Positions 39,776 through 50,197 of a DNA stretch of 64,000 nt are shown here, in pieces. A model generated the notes under the pieces. It saw nothing but the letters and a program-made list of their open reading frames with translations. It made no database searches and was not told where the DNA came from. Where the stretch lies: NCBI RefSeq assembly GCF_028368995.1, contig NZ_JAQNDL010000003.1, positions 1,056,001 to 1,120,000 of the forward strand, written 5' to 3'. The translations under genes and the position numbers were made by a program. Numbering within the stretch: position 1 is the stretch's first letter; each line of letters starts with the position of its first letter. The DNA is from Nannocystis bainbridge (GTDB lineage Bacteria > Myxococcota_A > Polyangia > Nannocystales > Nannocystaceae).

Positions 39776-40806
39776 GCCGCTCCCTCGCGCCGCTTGCCCA
39801 TCGGCACTGCCATGCGGGTGGTGAGGCCGGCCTGCTTGCTGCGGGCCAGCCACAGATCGTCGGCCAGCCGGCGCTCGCCGAGGCGGGCCGGCGGGTACGT
39901 CATGTCCTGGATCTCGAGGATCATGTCGAGGTGGAGCGGCTCGTCGAGGAAGGTGTCGAGCACCTCCGCCGCGCGCTCGTAGGCGCGGCCGCCGGGCGTG
40001 AAGTCCTTGTAGTTGTCGCCCGACAGCGGGCCGACCACCACCCGCGCCGCGCCGGAGCGGTGCATCACGCTGGTGCCGAGCACCGACGTCGCCCCGACGC
40101 TGGCCGTGCCGCCGCCGAGGCGCGACCACTCGGCCGGGTCGATCGGCATCCACTCGCCGGTGAACGGCTCGCAGCGGATCTGCGCGGCGCCGAGGCAGTC
40201 GTCGAGCGCGATCCGCAGCGCCGCCTCGAGCATCTGCGGCGAGCGCACGCCCGACGCCAGCACCGGCGCCAGGCGCAGCAGGTGGCCGATCGACAGCGCC
40301 CGCGCCCGCTCGCCGACCCCGAGCAGCGCCAGCACGCGCAGCGTCCACGGATCCTTGCCGTCCTCGCGGAAGCCGCCCGGGTAGTCGAGCTGACGCACCC
40401 CGCGGTACAGCAGGCTGAGGAGGCGGTGGTGGAACAGCCCCAGCACCCCGCGCACGACCTCGCCGTGGTCGTCGTCGCGATCTGCCTCTTCGGCCATGTG
40501 CAGCGGCAGCGGCGTGGCCGCGCCGGTGAGGCCGAAGAAGTCGGCGACCAGGCGCGCGCGCAGGCCGTCGGGCCCGCGCTCGAGCGCCACCGACTCGACC
40601 TCCGCGCGCAGGAACCCGAGCCCCGGCGCGTGGCCGAGCAGCACCCGCTCGTCCTGGAAGCGCTCGCCGGCCCCGAGCTCGCCGCCGCCGGTGGCGGCCG
40701 TCAGCACGTCGACCGCGGTGAAGAAATCGACCAGACCTGGCGCTTCGGCCAGGCGCTCGGCCCACGACTCCGCCGTCTCCTTTACAGGCCGATCTGCACG
40801 GGCCAC
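39772..40806 (-). CDS. tssG: T6SS baseplate subunit TssG
   Basis: DFFTAVDVL, FFGLTGAATPLPLHMAE, LFHHRLLSLLYR, VVGPLS...FTPGG; GTG start (MARADR) overlapping the end of tssF. Confidence 0.93.
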   Translation of the reverse strand: MARADRPVKETAESWAERLAEAPGLVDFFTAVDVLTAATGGGELGAGERFQDERVLLGHAPGLGFLRAEVESVALERGPDGLRARLVADFFGLTGAATPLPLHMAEEADRDDDHGEVVRGVLGLFHHRLLSLLYRGVRQLDYPGGFREDGKDPWTLRVLALLGVGERARALSIGHLLRLAPVLASGVRSPQMLEAALRIALDDCLGAAQIRCEPFTGEWMPIDPAEWSRLGGGTASVGATSVLGTSVMHRSGAARVVVGPLSGDNYKDFTPGGRAYERAAEVLDTFLDEPLHLDMILEIQDMTYPPARLGERRLADDLWLARSKQAGLTTRMAVPMGKRREGAA

Positions 40807-42512
40807 GCGAACTCCGCCTTGGAGGGGACGAGGGTGATGACGACCTCGCTGGCCGCGTTGAGGCTGACGAGCGAGCCGAACAGCGCGTTGAGCACCCCGC
40901 CGAACACGAACGCGTTGCCGGCCGAGGGGAAGCCCGACTCGTCGAGCTCGATGCGGGTGCGCACCGCCCGGATCGGGATGCCGTAGACCAGCCGCGTCAC
41001 CGTCTCGCGCTGCAGCCGGCGCACCGACTCGATCTGGCGCTCGTTGCCGCGGCCGATCTGCACGTTGCCGAGGCCCTGGAGGTTGTAGAGCCCGAGCAAC
41101 GCGCGCAGCGCCTCGACCTCGACCAGGCCGCGCTGGCCGATCGCCAGATGCGACAGCATGCGCCACAGCGCCTCGGACCCGAGCGGCACGCGGATCGGCG
41201 CCGTCACCTGGGTGATGTTCTCGTAGCCGCGGAACATCGCGCCCGGGGTGGTCTCGGTGATCTGGCCCGGCTGCAGCTCGCGCGGCAGGCCGCGGTTGGT
41301 GCACACCAGCTCGATCGACACCGACTCTTCTTGCGTCGGCGCCGAGCCGGCCGGCTCGTCGAGCGTGATGTACGTGTCGACCCCGTCGTCGATCGCCTCG
41401 ACCCGGCGCAGCGAGTAGTGCGGCGTCGACCGGGCCGCGCCCGCGTGGGTGAAGCGGTAGAACGGCAGGAACTGGCGCCGGGTGTTGGTCGCGCGCCCGA
41501 CCCCGGTCACGCCGCGGACCTCGTAGACCTCCATGTGCCGCGGGTCGACCCCGTCGGCGCGCAGCAGGTGCTCGCGCTCGAGCGGCGAGTACTGCACCGG
41601 CTCGGCCGCGACCTCGAACAGGTTGACCGCGGGCGTGCAGTGGAGGCGGAACGTGTCCTTGCCGACCTGGGTCGGCAGCGGCGGCGGGCGCTCGAACTCG
41701 AGGCGCAGCGTCAGCTCGTTGGTGGTCAGCTTGACCTTGTCGAGGCCGAGCAGATCGAAGAAGTGGTACTTCTCCGGCAGCGTGAAGTACTCGAGGATCG
41801 CGCGGTAGCCGGTCGGCGCCGTGTCGGGCCACGGGAACACCGCCGTGTCGCGCGACAGCCCGACCAGCTCGATCGCCTTGGCCCCGAGCTGGACCGTCCC
41901 GCCCTCGCCCTCGCCGGTCTTGGCGCTCGCGCCGGTGAAGTGGCGCGACAGCCACATCATCAGCGTCGCCGGCAGCGACGGCTCGCGGTGGTGGAGGAAG
42001 AACCGCAGCCGCTCGCACTCGGCCAGCACGCCCTTGCCGGTCTCCGACAGCCGCAGGGTGATCTTGATCGCCGGGCGGGCCGCCACCGAGTCGTCGAGCG
42101 TCGCGTCGACCACCTCGACCGGCGCGAGGTCGACGTCCCAGCACGTGCGGAACTTGCAGGCTGTCCCTTCGACCAGGCGCGACTGCAGCACCCGGCCCTT
42201 CGCCACCTTGTGGCGGTTCCGCAGCGCCCGCATGTTGGGCTGGAACTCGACGATCGTGGCCGCCGGCAGCGGCCGCAGGTAGTGCGGCAGCAGCAGCTCG
42301 GCCAGCCCGTGGACGATGCTCGGCGCCACCGCGTCCATGCGCGCGCGGATGCCGGCGGCCTGGAACGCGAACGCCTCGATCAGCCGCTCGACGTCGGGGT
42401 CGCTGCTGCGCTCCTTGAGCAGGCCGGCGGTGGCGGGGTTGGCCTCCGCGAACGCGCGCGCCATCTCGGTGATGAACGCGAGCTCGCTCTTGTAGTAGTG
42501 CGAAAAGCTCAT
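40782..42512 (-). CDS. tssF: T6SS baseplate subunit TssF
   Basis: YYKSELAFI, DPDVERLIEAFAF, PHYLRPLPA, GYRAILEYFTLPEKYHFF, LHCTPAVNLF, CTNRGLP. Confidence 0.96.
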   Translation of the reverse strand: MSFSHYYKSELAFITEMARAFAEANPATAGLLKERSSDPDVERLIEAFAFQAAGIRARMDAVAPSIVHGLAELLLPHYLRPLPAATIVEFQPNMRALRNRHKVAKGRVLQSRLVEGTACKFRTCWDVDLAPVEVVDATLDDSVAARPAIKITLRLSETGKGVLAECERLRFFLHHREPSLPATLMMWLSRHFTGASAKTGEGEGGTVQLGAKAIELVGLSRDTAVFPWPDTAPTGYRAILEYFTLPEKYHFFDLLGLDKVKLTTNELTLRLEFERPPPLPTQVGKDTFRLHCTPAVNLFEVAAEPVQYSPLEREHLLRADGVDPRHMEVYEVRGVTGVGRATNTRRQFLPFYRFTHAGAARSTPHYSLRRVEAIDDGVDTYITLDEPAGSAPTQEESVSIELVCTNRGLPRELQPGQITETTPGAMFRGYENITQVTAPIRVPLGSEALWRMLSHLAIGQRGLVEVEALRALLGLYNLQGLGNVQIGRGNERQIESVRRLQRETVTRLVYGIPIRAVRTRIELDESGFPSAGNAFVFGGVLNALFGSLVSLNAASEVVITLVPSKAEFAWPVQIGL

Positions 42513-42519
42513 CGCTGCC

Positions 42520-42939
42520 TCACCGCCCCGAGACCTGGATCTTGCCGGTCGAAGTCATCTCGGTGCGCACGCGGAACACCCCGCGCTGAGCCCCGCTGGC
42601 CAGCCGCGCCGACACCTCGAACGCGATCATCAGCGTGTCGCCGCTCGGGACCGGGTGGACCGAGACGTTGCGCAGGCGCGGCTCGTACTTGAGGATCGTG
42701 GCGCGGATGCTCTGCTGCAGCACCTGCGTCGCCTCGGGAAAATTGTGGACGACGTCGGCGAAGTCGACGATGCCGAAGTCCGACGCCGACAGCGACTCGC
42801 CGGAGCGCGTGTTGAGCAGCTCCTGCAGGTGCGTCACGATCGACTCGAGCTCGCCGATCCGCTGCCCGCCCGTCGACAGTCGCGCCAACAACCCCCGGCG
42901 CGGCGCTTTCGGGCCCGACCCCTGGCTCGTGGAATTCAT
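42520..42939 (-). CDS. tssE: T6SS baseplate subunit TssE (gp25-like)
   Basis: SIVTHLQELLNTRSG, DFGIVDF, ILKYEPRLRNVSV. Confidence 0.93.
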   Translation of the reverse strand: MNSTSQGSGPKAPRRGLLARLSTGGQRIGELESIVTHLQELLNTRSGESLSASDFGIVDFADVVHNFPEATQVLQQSIRATILKYEPRLRNVSVHPVPSGDTLMIAFEVSARLASGAQRGVFRVRTEMTSTGKIQVSGR

Positions 42940-43097
42940 CGGCCTGCTCGATCCCCCCGTCGGTGCGCGCGACGCCGCGCCTCCCGGCCCGGCGGACTGC
43001 GACGATAGCAGGCGGGCGGGGCCGCGGACCAGACGGCTCCGCCTCGCGCCCCCGCGCGCACGCGCGCATGCGAGCGCGCGGCGGACGCCCGCCCACA

Positions 43098-43122
43098 TCA
43101 CATGACCAATCGGACAGGTTCT
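43098..43122. repeat. 14-bp-phased motif pair upstream of tssE
   Basis: CATG at 43101 and CAGG at 43115 (TGACC-AATC-GGACA). Confidence 0.55.
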
Positions 43123-43406
43123 GAAATTTGGCCGGAGGCCGCGGCCCGACGCCATGACTCTGGCGAACGAAGCGGAGCGCGGGCCCGCCCCGATCTGCCT
43201 CCGCGCCTCCTCGCGGCGTCGACGCGGAGGCGGCGGCGCGCCTCGCCGGGGCGCCTCGCGGATCTCCTCGCACACGCGGCTCCGCGCCTCGCCCCCGCGC
43301 CGGACCGGCCCCGGCGCCGCGATCTCGGCGCCGTCGGTCCGCGCTCCGCCGCGACGCGCTCGCTCGCGGCGCCGCCAAAGGCGATCGGCCGGGCCGGTCC
43401 ACCCAC

Positions 43407-43456
43407 CACCCTGTCCCGAAGGACATGTCCGAACGCTCACTCCGTCCGGACATCCA
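43407..43456. repeat. 14-bp-phased motif array
   Basis: Perfect TGTCC-CGAA-GGACA at 43412-43425, followed by TGTCC. Confidence 0.8.
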
Positions 43457-43480
43457 GCCCTCCACCGGCTCGCTACGCGC

Positions 43481-43888
43481 TCACGTCGGGTCCCTGGCGA
43501 ACGCCGTGACCTCTGCCGGCAACTGCACCCACGCGTGGCGGCGGCAGTCGTAGACCGAGTCCTGCGGCGGCGGGAAGCTCGGGTCGGCGAACGCCCCGAC
43601 CGCCACCAGCACCGGCGCGCCCTCGTCGCCCTCCTCCGTGTGGAACACCGACGACCCGCACACCGGGCAGAACCGGAACCTGAAGCTCGCCCCGCGATCG
43701 CCGGTCCGCACGTACTCGCTCGCCGCGCCGGTCACCGCGTACGGCCCCGCGAACGCCGCCAGGGCCGCGAACACGCTGCCCGTGCGCTGCTGGCAGGCGA
43801 GGCAGTGACACACCCCGACCCCGAGCGGCTCACCGTGGACTTCGATGCGCAGCTGGCCGCAGCAACAGGACGCCGTTCGCGAACGCAT
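43481..43888 (-). CDS. GFA (glutathione-dependent formaldehyde-activating/CENP-V) family protein
   Basis: SCCCGQL, CHCLACQQRTGS and FCPVCGS zinc-binding motifs. Confidence 0.92.
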   Translation of the reverse strand: MRSRTASCCCGQLRIEVHGEPLGVGVCHCLACQQRTGSVFAALAAFAGPYAVTGAASEYVRTGDRGASFRFRFCPVCGSSVFHTEEGDEGAPVLVAVGAFADPSFPPPQDSVYDCRRHAWVQLPAEVTAFARDPT

Positions 43889-43949
43889 GGTGGTTCTCCT
43901 CGGCGAGCGTAACCCACGCCGGCCCGGCGGGGCAACCACCGGGGCTCCG

Positions 43950-44001
43950 AGGACATGTCTCCATGAACATGCTCCAAAGCACATGCTCCAAAAGCCATGC
44001 C
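43950..44001. repeat. 14-bp-phased CATG array (4 units)
   Basis: CATG at 43954, 43968, 43982 and 43996. Confidence 0.9.
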
Positions 44002-44305
44002 GTCATCGATCCTGCCTCCTCGCTATGATCGCCAATGGTGGGACCATCGATCGACTCGCATCGACCTCCCGGCTGCGCAATGATGGCAACCGGCGCAACG
44101 CCTCGGCCGGACTCGCGCCGAGCGCGAGCTGGGTCGCCGGATCGGGGTTCTCTCGCTCGGGCGAGTCCGCCGCCGCTCGCCGGTATCGCGCACTCGACAT
44201 TGCCGGCGCCCCGGTGCCCGCTCCCCGATTCAGGACTTCCGACGCGCCCACGACAAAGCACCCCGCGCTGGAGTACCGTGGCCTGGCTCGTCCGAGCCGA
44301 CTCGC

Positions 44306-45235
44306 ATGGCAGGCACCACGCTCTTCACCCTCCTCGACGACCTGGCCGCGCTGCTCGACGACGTCGCCGTCCTTACGAAAGTGGCGACCAAGAAGACCGC
44401 CGGGGTGCTCGGCGACGACCTGGCCCTCAACGCCGAGCAGGTGGCGGGCGTCATCCCGGAGCGCGAGCTGCCGGTCGTGTGGGCGGTGGCCAAGGGTTCC
44501 ACCGTCAACAAGGTGATCCTCGTGCCGTGCGCCCTGCTGATCAGCGCCGTGGCGAGCTGGGCGATCACCCCGCTGCTGATGCTGGGCGGCGCCTTCCTGT
44601 GCTACGAGGGCTGCGAGAAGCTGGCCCACCGCTGGCTCGCGCCGGCCGACGACGCGCGCCGCGAGGCCGCGCTGGTCCAGGCGATCGCCGACCCCGCCGT
44701 CGACATGGTCGCCTTCGAGCGGGACAAGATCCGCGGGGCCGTGCGCACCGACTTCATCCTCTCGGCCGAGGTCATCGTGATCTCGCTCGGCGCGGTCGCC
44801 TCGGCGCCGTTCCCCACCCGCGTGCTGACGCTCGTGACGGTCGCCCTGCTGATGACCATCGGCGTCTACGGCCTGGTCGCGGGCATCGTCAAGCTCGACG
44901 ACCTCGGCCTGCACCTCAGCAAGCGCACCGGTGTGACGCGACGGATCGGCGAGCTGATCTTGCGCGGCGCGCCCTACCTGATGAAGGGCCTGTCGATCGC
45001 CGGCACCGTCGCCATGTTCCTGGTCGGCGGCGGCATCCTCGTGCACGGGATCCCCGGCGCCGAGGCGCTCGGCCAGCGGCTCGCCGCCGTCGCCATCCCG
45101 GGCGCCAGCTTCATCCTGCCCAGCCTGTACAGCGGCCTCGTCGGCCTGCTCGTCGGCGCGCTCCTGCTCGCCGTCGTCACCGGCGTCCAGCGGCTCGTCC
45201 GCGGCTCGCGCGAGGCCACCGGCGGGTCCGCCTGA
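44306..45235 (+). CDS. yedI: DUF808 family inner membrane protein (YedI-like)
   Basis: LLDDVAVLTKVATKKTAGVLGDDLALNAEQV, GAVRTDFILSAE, GIVKLDDLG. Confidence 0.9.
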   Translation: MAGTTLFTLLDDLAALLDDVAVLTKVATKKTAGVLGDDLALNAEQVAGVIPERELPVVWAVAKGSTVNKVILVPCALLISAVASWAITPLLMLGGAFLCYEGCEKLAHRWLAPADDARREAALVQAIADPAVDMVAFERDKIRGAVRTDFILSAEVIVISLGAVASAPFPTRVLTLVTVALLMTIGVYGLVAGIVKLDDLGLHLSKRTGVTRRIGELILRGAPYLMKGLSIAGTVAMFLVGGGILVHGIPGAEALGQRLAAVAIPGASFILPSLYSGLVGLLVGALLLAVVTGVQRLVRGSREATGGSA

Positions 45236-45498
45236 GCTGCAGATCCGCGCGCCGCGCCTCACCGTTCGCGGCGGCGGAGCCGCTTGGGACAGCGTCGCAG
45301 CCTCGGCGACCGTGACGGGTCACGCTGCGGCCGGCCCGGCTCGGCGGCTGCGATTGGGCACAGCGTCTCCAACGATTCGCAATCGTAGCACTCGCCCTCG
45401 CCGCATATCTCGACACCGGGCGCCGCTCGGCGAACCGCTCATTCTCGGCGGGCATCGGCGAGCGCCCACCCATGCAGCGCCGGACCCGCGCCCGGCGT

Positions 45499-45834
45499 TC
45501 ACGGCGACGGCGGCGGCTGGTTCTTGAGCGCCTCGATCCGCTGCTTCTCGGCCGCCTCCATGTCCTGCACTTCCTGGCTCTTGGGCCGCGGGGTCGACTT
45601 CATCCACGTCTTGCCCCGGTCATCCAGCTTCGTGTCGTAGCCCATGTTCCTGCAGCGCAGGGCCCCGGCCTCGTTGTTCTCCTCGAAGAACGTCGAGGGC
45701 GCGGGGCAGGCGTTCTTCTTGATCTCGACGCCGCAGGTCGACCCACCGTCCGGAAACTGGTGGATGCAGGTGCCGTCGGGGTTGCAGGCGGCGAGAACGG
45801 GGACCAGGAACAGGGCGAGGACGTACCGTGACAT
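45499..45834 (-). CDS. Small Cys-containing lipoprotein
   Basis: MSRYVLALFLVPVLAAC lipobox; GC3-rich codons. Confidence 0.75.
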   Translation of the reverse strand: MSRYVLALFLVPVLAACNPDGTCIHQFPDGGSTCGVEIKKNACPAPSTFFEENNEAGALRCRNMGYDTKLDDRGKTWMKSTPRPKSQEVQDMEAAEKQRIEALKNQPPPSP

Positions 45835-46744
45835 GGAGCTGGACGGTACGAGGGACCTTCGTGGCGCGTCAAGCGGCAGCCCCCCCTGGGCCCACGCGCA
45901 CGGCCGCCTGAAGCGACGATGGCGATAAAGACAGCGGCGGCGAATCACCGCGTCGGCTCAGCGTTCTCGGGGGTGGCGAGCCCCGAGCGCCCGATTGGCG
46001 CGCGCAGCCGGAGACGGGCGTGGCCCACTGCGGCATCGTCCCCGCGAGTCCGTCGAGCTGCGCGAGGGCGTCGCGCATTGCCGGGACCTCCGCGGTGACT
46101 CTCTCCCTGTGGGTGACCCGAGGCGCCGAAGCTCGCGGCGCATGAATGTCGGAGATCGGGAGCCCGAAGTCAGAGACATCAGCGAGCGCGCACGATGTCT
46201 GTCTCGATCTCGCCTGACGCACGCCGCCGCGAAGATCATCGCGACCGCGGCCGATGATGACTCGCCGTCGCCATGCACGGTGGCAGCCCATCGTGTCGGG
46301 CGTGCCAGGGACCTGCCGCGATCGACAGGTCCCTCGCACGAGGGCCGCGGCGGTCGCGTCCGCCGGCTCTCCGCATCGGCGCCGCGGACCGGCGACGGCG
46401 GGCTCATCCTCGACGACCTCGGGCCGTAACCACCCTCATGCAGAGCCCGGCGGAGCATCGCGCATGGCGACCTGATCATCCGCGGACCCGGGTTGACATT
46501 GTGGACGTCCGGCTATCACCTCATTCGCGGTCCGATGACTCGTCACGCGCCAAGCGTGGTGGCGAAAATTGCGCCACGACCCCCAAATCCTTCGTATCGA
46601 GCCACCGCCGCCGCCTCGCCGCCCCGAGCACGACTTGCCCGGTGATTCTCCGCAAGTGCTGTCCTGCGCGGCGCGGCGGGACGCCGACCTGCACGGGCGC
46701 GGGTGCTTCTCAGTCCGACCTCGGTGGGGTAATGGACATCCACC

Positions 46745-49700
46745 ATGGCGCTCGACTCGGATGCTCTCCCCAGCCGCTCGGGTCGGCTGCACGTGCTCGC
46801 CGGTGGCGGCGAGATGGGCGCCCGCATGCGGGAGATCGACTGGGCGGCCACGCCGCTCGGCCCCGTCGACGCCTGGCCGCAGAGCCTCAAGACCTGCGTC
46901 CGCATCATCCTGACCTCGCTCCAGCCGATGTTCGTCTGGTGGGGCGACGACCTCATCAATCTTTACAACGACGCCTACAAGTCGATCGTCGGCGGCAAGC
47001 ACCCGGAGGCGCTCGGCCAGCCCGCCTCCGTCGTGTGGCGCGAGATCTGGGATCAGGTCGGCCCGCGCGCCGCCTCGGCGATGCGCCTCAACGAGGGCAC
47101 CTACGACGAGGCCCTGCTGCTGATCATGGAGCGTTACGGCTACCCGGAGGAGACGTACTACACGTTCTCCTACAGCCCGGTGCCGAACGATCAGGGCGGG
47201 ACCGGCGGCATCATCTGCGCCAACACCGACGACACCCAGCGGATCCTCGGCGAGCGCCAGCTCGCGCTGCTGCGCGAGCTCGCGGCCCGCACCGCCGACG
47301 CACGCACCTGGGCGGAGGTATGCGCTCGCGGAGCGGCGTCGCTGCAGACCAACCCCAAGGACCTGCCGTTCGCGCTGATCTACATCGCCGACGCCGACCG
47401 GCGCCGCGTGCAGCTCGCGGGGGCCGCCGGGCTCCCGCCTGGCCACGCCGGCGCGCCCGAGTTCGTGTCGACGCTCGAGGACTCCGTGTGGCCGTTCGCC
47501 GAGGCGCTACAGGGCCACGAGCGCGTGGTCGAGCTGCCACCTGTCCTCAAGGACATCCCGTCCGGCGCCTGGCCGCGGCCGCCGACGCACGCCGTCGCGC
47601 TGCCGATCTCCCCGTCGGGCGAGACCGGCCGCGCCGGGGTCCTGATCGTCGGGCTCAACCCGTTCCGTCAGCTCGACGACAACTACCGCGGCTTCTTGCA
47701 GCTGGCCGCCGGGCAGCTCGCGGCCAGCATCGCCAACGCGCTGGCGTACGAGGAGGAGCGGCGGCGGGCCGAGGCGCTCGCCGAGCTCGATCGCGCCAAG
47801 ACCATCTTCTTCAGCAACGTCAGCCACGAGTTTCGCACCCCGCTGACGCTGATGCTCGGCCCGCTCGAGGACGCGCTGTCCTCGGCGCAGCGCCGGCTCG
47901 TGGGCGCCGATCTCGACACCGCGTACCGCAACGCCGTCCGCCTGCTCAAGCTCGTCAACGTGCTGCTCGACTTCTCGCGCATCGAGGCCGGCCGGATCCA
48001 GGCCTCGTACGAGCCGACCGACCTGGCGGCGCTGACCACCGACCTGGCGAGCGCGTTCCGCTCGGCCATCGAGCGCGCCGGGCTCGTCTTCACCGTCGAT
48101 TGCCCGCCGCTGCCCGAGCCGATCCACGTCGACCACGACATGTGGGAGAAGATCGTGCTCAACCTGCTCTCGAACGCGCTCAAGTTCACGTTCGAGGGCA
48201 CGATCGCGGTCGCGCTGCGCCTGCACGGCGACCAGCTCGAGCTGGCCGTGAGCGACACCGGCACCGGCATCCCCGAGCACGAGCTGCCGCACCTGTTCCG
48301 GCGCTTTCATCAGGTCCAGGGCGCGCGCTCGCGGACGCACGAGGGCTCGGGCATCGGGCTCGCGCTGGTCCACGAGCTCGTGCGCCTGCACGGCGGGACG
48401 CTCCACGTCACCAGCGAGGTCGGCGTCGGCACCACGTTCACGGTCGCGATCCCTCGCGGCCACGCGCACCTGCCCGCCGATCGGCTGGGCGCCCGCCGCA
48501 CCCAGGTCTCGTCGGCGACCGGCGCGGCGCCCTACGTGCAGGAGGCGCTGCGCTGGCTGGCCGGCCCGCAGCAAGACGACGACCTCGGCGAGGACGCGCT
48601 CGGCCCGGCCTCCGATCCGGGGCTCGACGCCGGACCGCCGGCGCGCATCCTCCTCGCCGACGACAACGCCGACATGCGCGACTACGTCGGCCGCGTGCTG
48701 CAGCAGCGGTGGATCGTCGAAGCCGTGCCCGACGGCGCCGTCGCGCTCGCGACGGCCCTCGATCGCCCGCCCGACCTCGTCTTGACCGACGTCATGATGC
48801 CGAACCTCGACGGCTTCGGCCTGCTCCACGCGCTGCGCGAGGACCCGCGCACGCGGCGGATCCCGGTGCTGATGCTGTCGGCGCGCGCCGGCGAGGAGTC
48901 GCGCATCGAGGGCCTCGAGGCCGGCGCCGACGACTACCTCGTCAAGCCGTTCTCCGCCCGCGAGTTGGTCGCCCGCGTCGCCACCCACCTGCAGATCGCC
49001 CGCCTGCGCGCCGTCGCCGAGCACGAGCGCGCCAAGCTGTACGACCTGTTCATGCAGGCGCCCGTGCCGATCGCCGTGTTCGTCGGTCCGGAGCACCGCT
49101 ACGAGGTCGCCAACCCGCCGATCTGCGAGATGCTCGGGCGCCCGGAGCTGGTCGGCAAGACCATGCGCGAGGCGTTCCCGGAGATCGGCGAGCACGCCGT
49201 GATCGCCTCGCTCGACGCCGTGCTGGCGACCGGAGAGCCGGTCCACGTGTTCGAGCTCAACATCCCGCTCCTGCGCCACGGCGCGATCCGGGACGCTTAC
49301 TTCAACTACGTCGCCCAGCCGATCCGCGACCCCAGCGGCGCGGTCACCGGCGCCATGGTCGTCGCCTTCGAGGTCACCGAGCAGGTGCTCGCGCGCCACC
49401 GCGTCGAGCGGCTGTCCGAGGAGCTGGCCCTCTCCAACAAGGAGCTCGACCAGTACGCCTACGTCGCCTCGCACGACCTCAAGGCGCCGCTGCGGGGGAT
49501 CGCCAGCCTGTCGCAGTGGATCGAGGAGGCGCTCGGCGACAAGCTCGACGAGGAGTCGCAGACGCACATGCACCTGCTGCGTCGGCGCGTGTTCCGCCTC
49601 GAGACACTGATCGACGGGATCCTCCACTATTCGCGCGCCGGCCGGGTCCGCGTCGACGCGACCACCGTCGACACCGGCCAGCTGCTCGCCGAGGTGGTCG

Positions 49701-50104
49701 AGCTGCTGTCCCCGCCGCCCTCCGCGCGGATCTCGATCGCCCCGGGCATGCCGACGCTGACCACCGAGCGCATCCCGCTCCAGCAGGTGTTCCAGAACCT
49801 GATCGGCAACGCCCTGAAGCACGCGCACCGCGACGACATCCAGATCGCCGTCACCGGCCGCGACGCCGGCCAGCTCTACGAATTCTCGATCCGCGACGAC
49901 GGGCCGGGGATCGCGCCGGAGTTCCACGAGCGGATCTGGGGCCTGTTCCAGACCCTCGAGTCGCGCGACAAATTCGAGGGCGCCGGGATCGGGCTGTCGG
50001 TCGTCAAGAAGATCGTCGAGAGCCGCGGAGGCAGCGTCGCCCTCGAGTCGCGACCCGGCGCGGGCGCGACGTTCCTCGTGCGCTGGCCCAAGCGCTCCGG
50101 CTGA
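46745..50104 (+). CDS. Hybrid sensor histidine kinase (PAS/GAF-HK-REC-PAS-HK)
   Basis: SHEFRTPL, NLLSNALKF, DTGTGI, GSGIGL; REC LLADDN..DVMMP..KPF; second H-box SHDLKAPL with NLIGNALK and GAGIGL. Confidence 0.95.
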   Translation: MALDSDALPSRSGRLHVLAGGGEMGARMREIDWAATPLGPVDAWPQSLKTCVRIILTSLQPMFVWWGDDLINLYNDAYKSIVGGKHPEALGQPASVVWREIWDQVGPRAASAMRLNEGTYDEALLLIMERYGYPEETYYTFSYSPVPNDQGGTGGIICANTDDTQRILGERQLALLRELAARTADARTWAEVCARGAASLQTNPKDLPFALIYIADADRRRVQLAGAAGLPPGHAGAPEFVSTLEDSVWPFAEALQGHERVVELPPVLKDIPSGAWPRPPTHAVALPISPSGETGRAGVLIVGLNPFRQLDDNYRGFLQLAAGQLAASIANALAYEEERRRAEALAELDRAKTIFFSNVSHEFRTPLTLMLGPLEDALSSAQRRLVGADLDTAYRNAVRLLKLVNVLLDFSRIEAGRIQASYEPTDLAALTTDLASAFRSAIERAGLVFTVDCPPLPEPIHVDHDMWEKIVLNLLSNALKFTFEGTIAVALRLHGDQLELAVSDTGTGIPEHELPHLFRRFHQVQGARSRTHEGSGIGLALVHELVRLHGGTLHVTSEVGVGTTFTVAIPRGHAHLPADRLGARRTQVSSATGAAPYVQEALRWLAGPQQDDDLGEDALGPASDPGLDAGPPARILLADDNADMRDYVGRVLQQRWIVEAVPDGAVALATALDRPPDLVLTDVMMPNLDGFGLLHALREDPRTRRIPVLMLSARAGEESRIEGLEAGADDYLVKPFSARELVARVATHLQIARLRAVAEHERAKLYDLFMQAPVPIAVFVGPEHRYEVANPPICEMLGRPELVGKTMREAFPEIGEHAVIASLDAVLATGEPVHVFELNIPLLRHGAIRDAYFNYVAQPIRDPSGAVTGAMVVAFEVTEQVLARHRVERLSEELALSNKELDQYAYVASHDLKAPLRGIASLSQWIEEALGDKLDEESQTHMHLLRRRVFRLETLIDGILHYSRAGRVRVDATTVDTGQLLAEVVELLSPPPSARISIAPGMPTLTTERIPLQQVFQNLIGNALKHAHRDDIQIAVTGRDAGQLYEFSIRDDGPGIAPEFHERIWGLFQTLESRDKFEGAGIGLSVVKKIVESRGGSVALESRPGAGATFLVRWPKRSG

Positions 50105-50197
50105 GGGCGAGCCGGCGCAGCTTGATTTCTTGGCCCGACGCACCGAAGCTGAAACACCCTCCATCCTCCCGGCGACCGGCACGACAACGAGCCCACG

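Noticed and set aside
39772-42144. Apparent long N-terminal extensions of tssG (also of tssC at 24084..26933 and tagH at 38402..40765)
   Set aside because: The extensions are Arg/Ala/Gly-rich off-frame reads over the upstream genes, an artefact of stop-codon scarcity at high GC.
45835-46744. ORFs or ncRNA in the 0.9-kb gap before the histidine kinase
   Set aside because: No convincing coding bias or recognisable RNA family; at most a decayed gene remnant.
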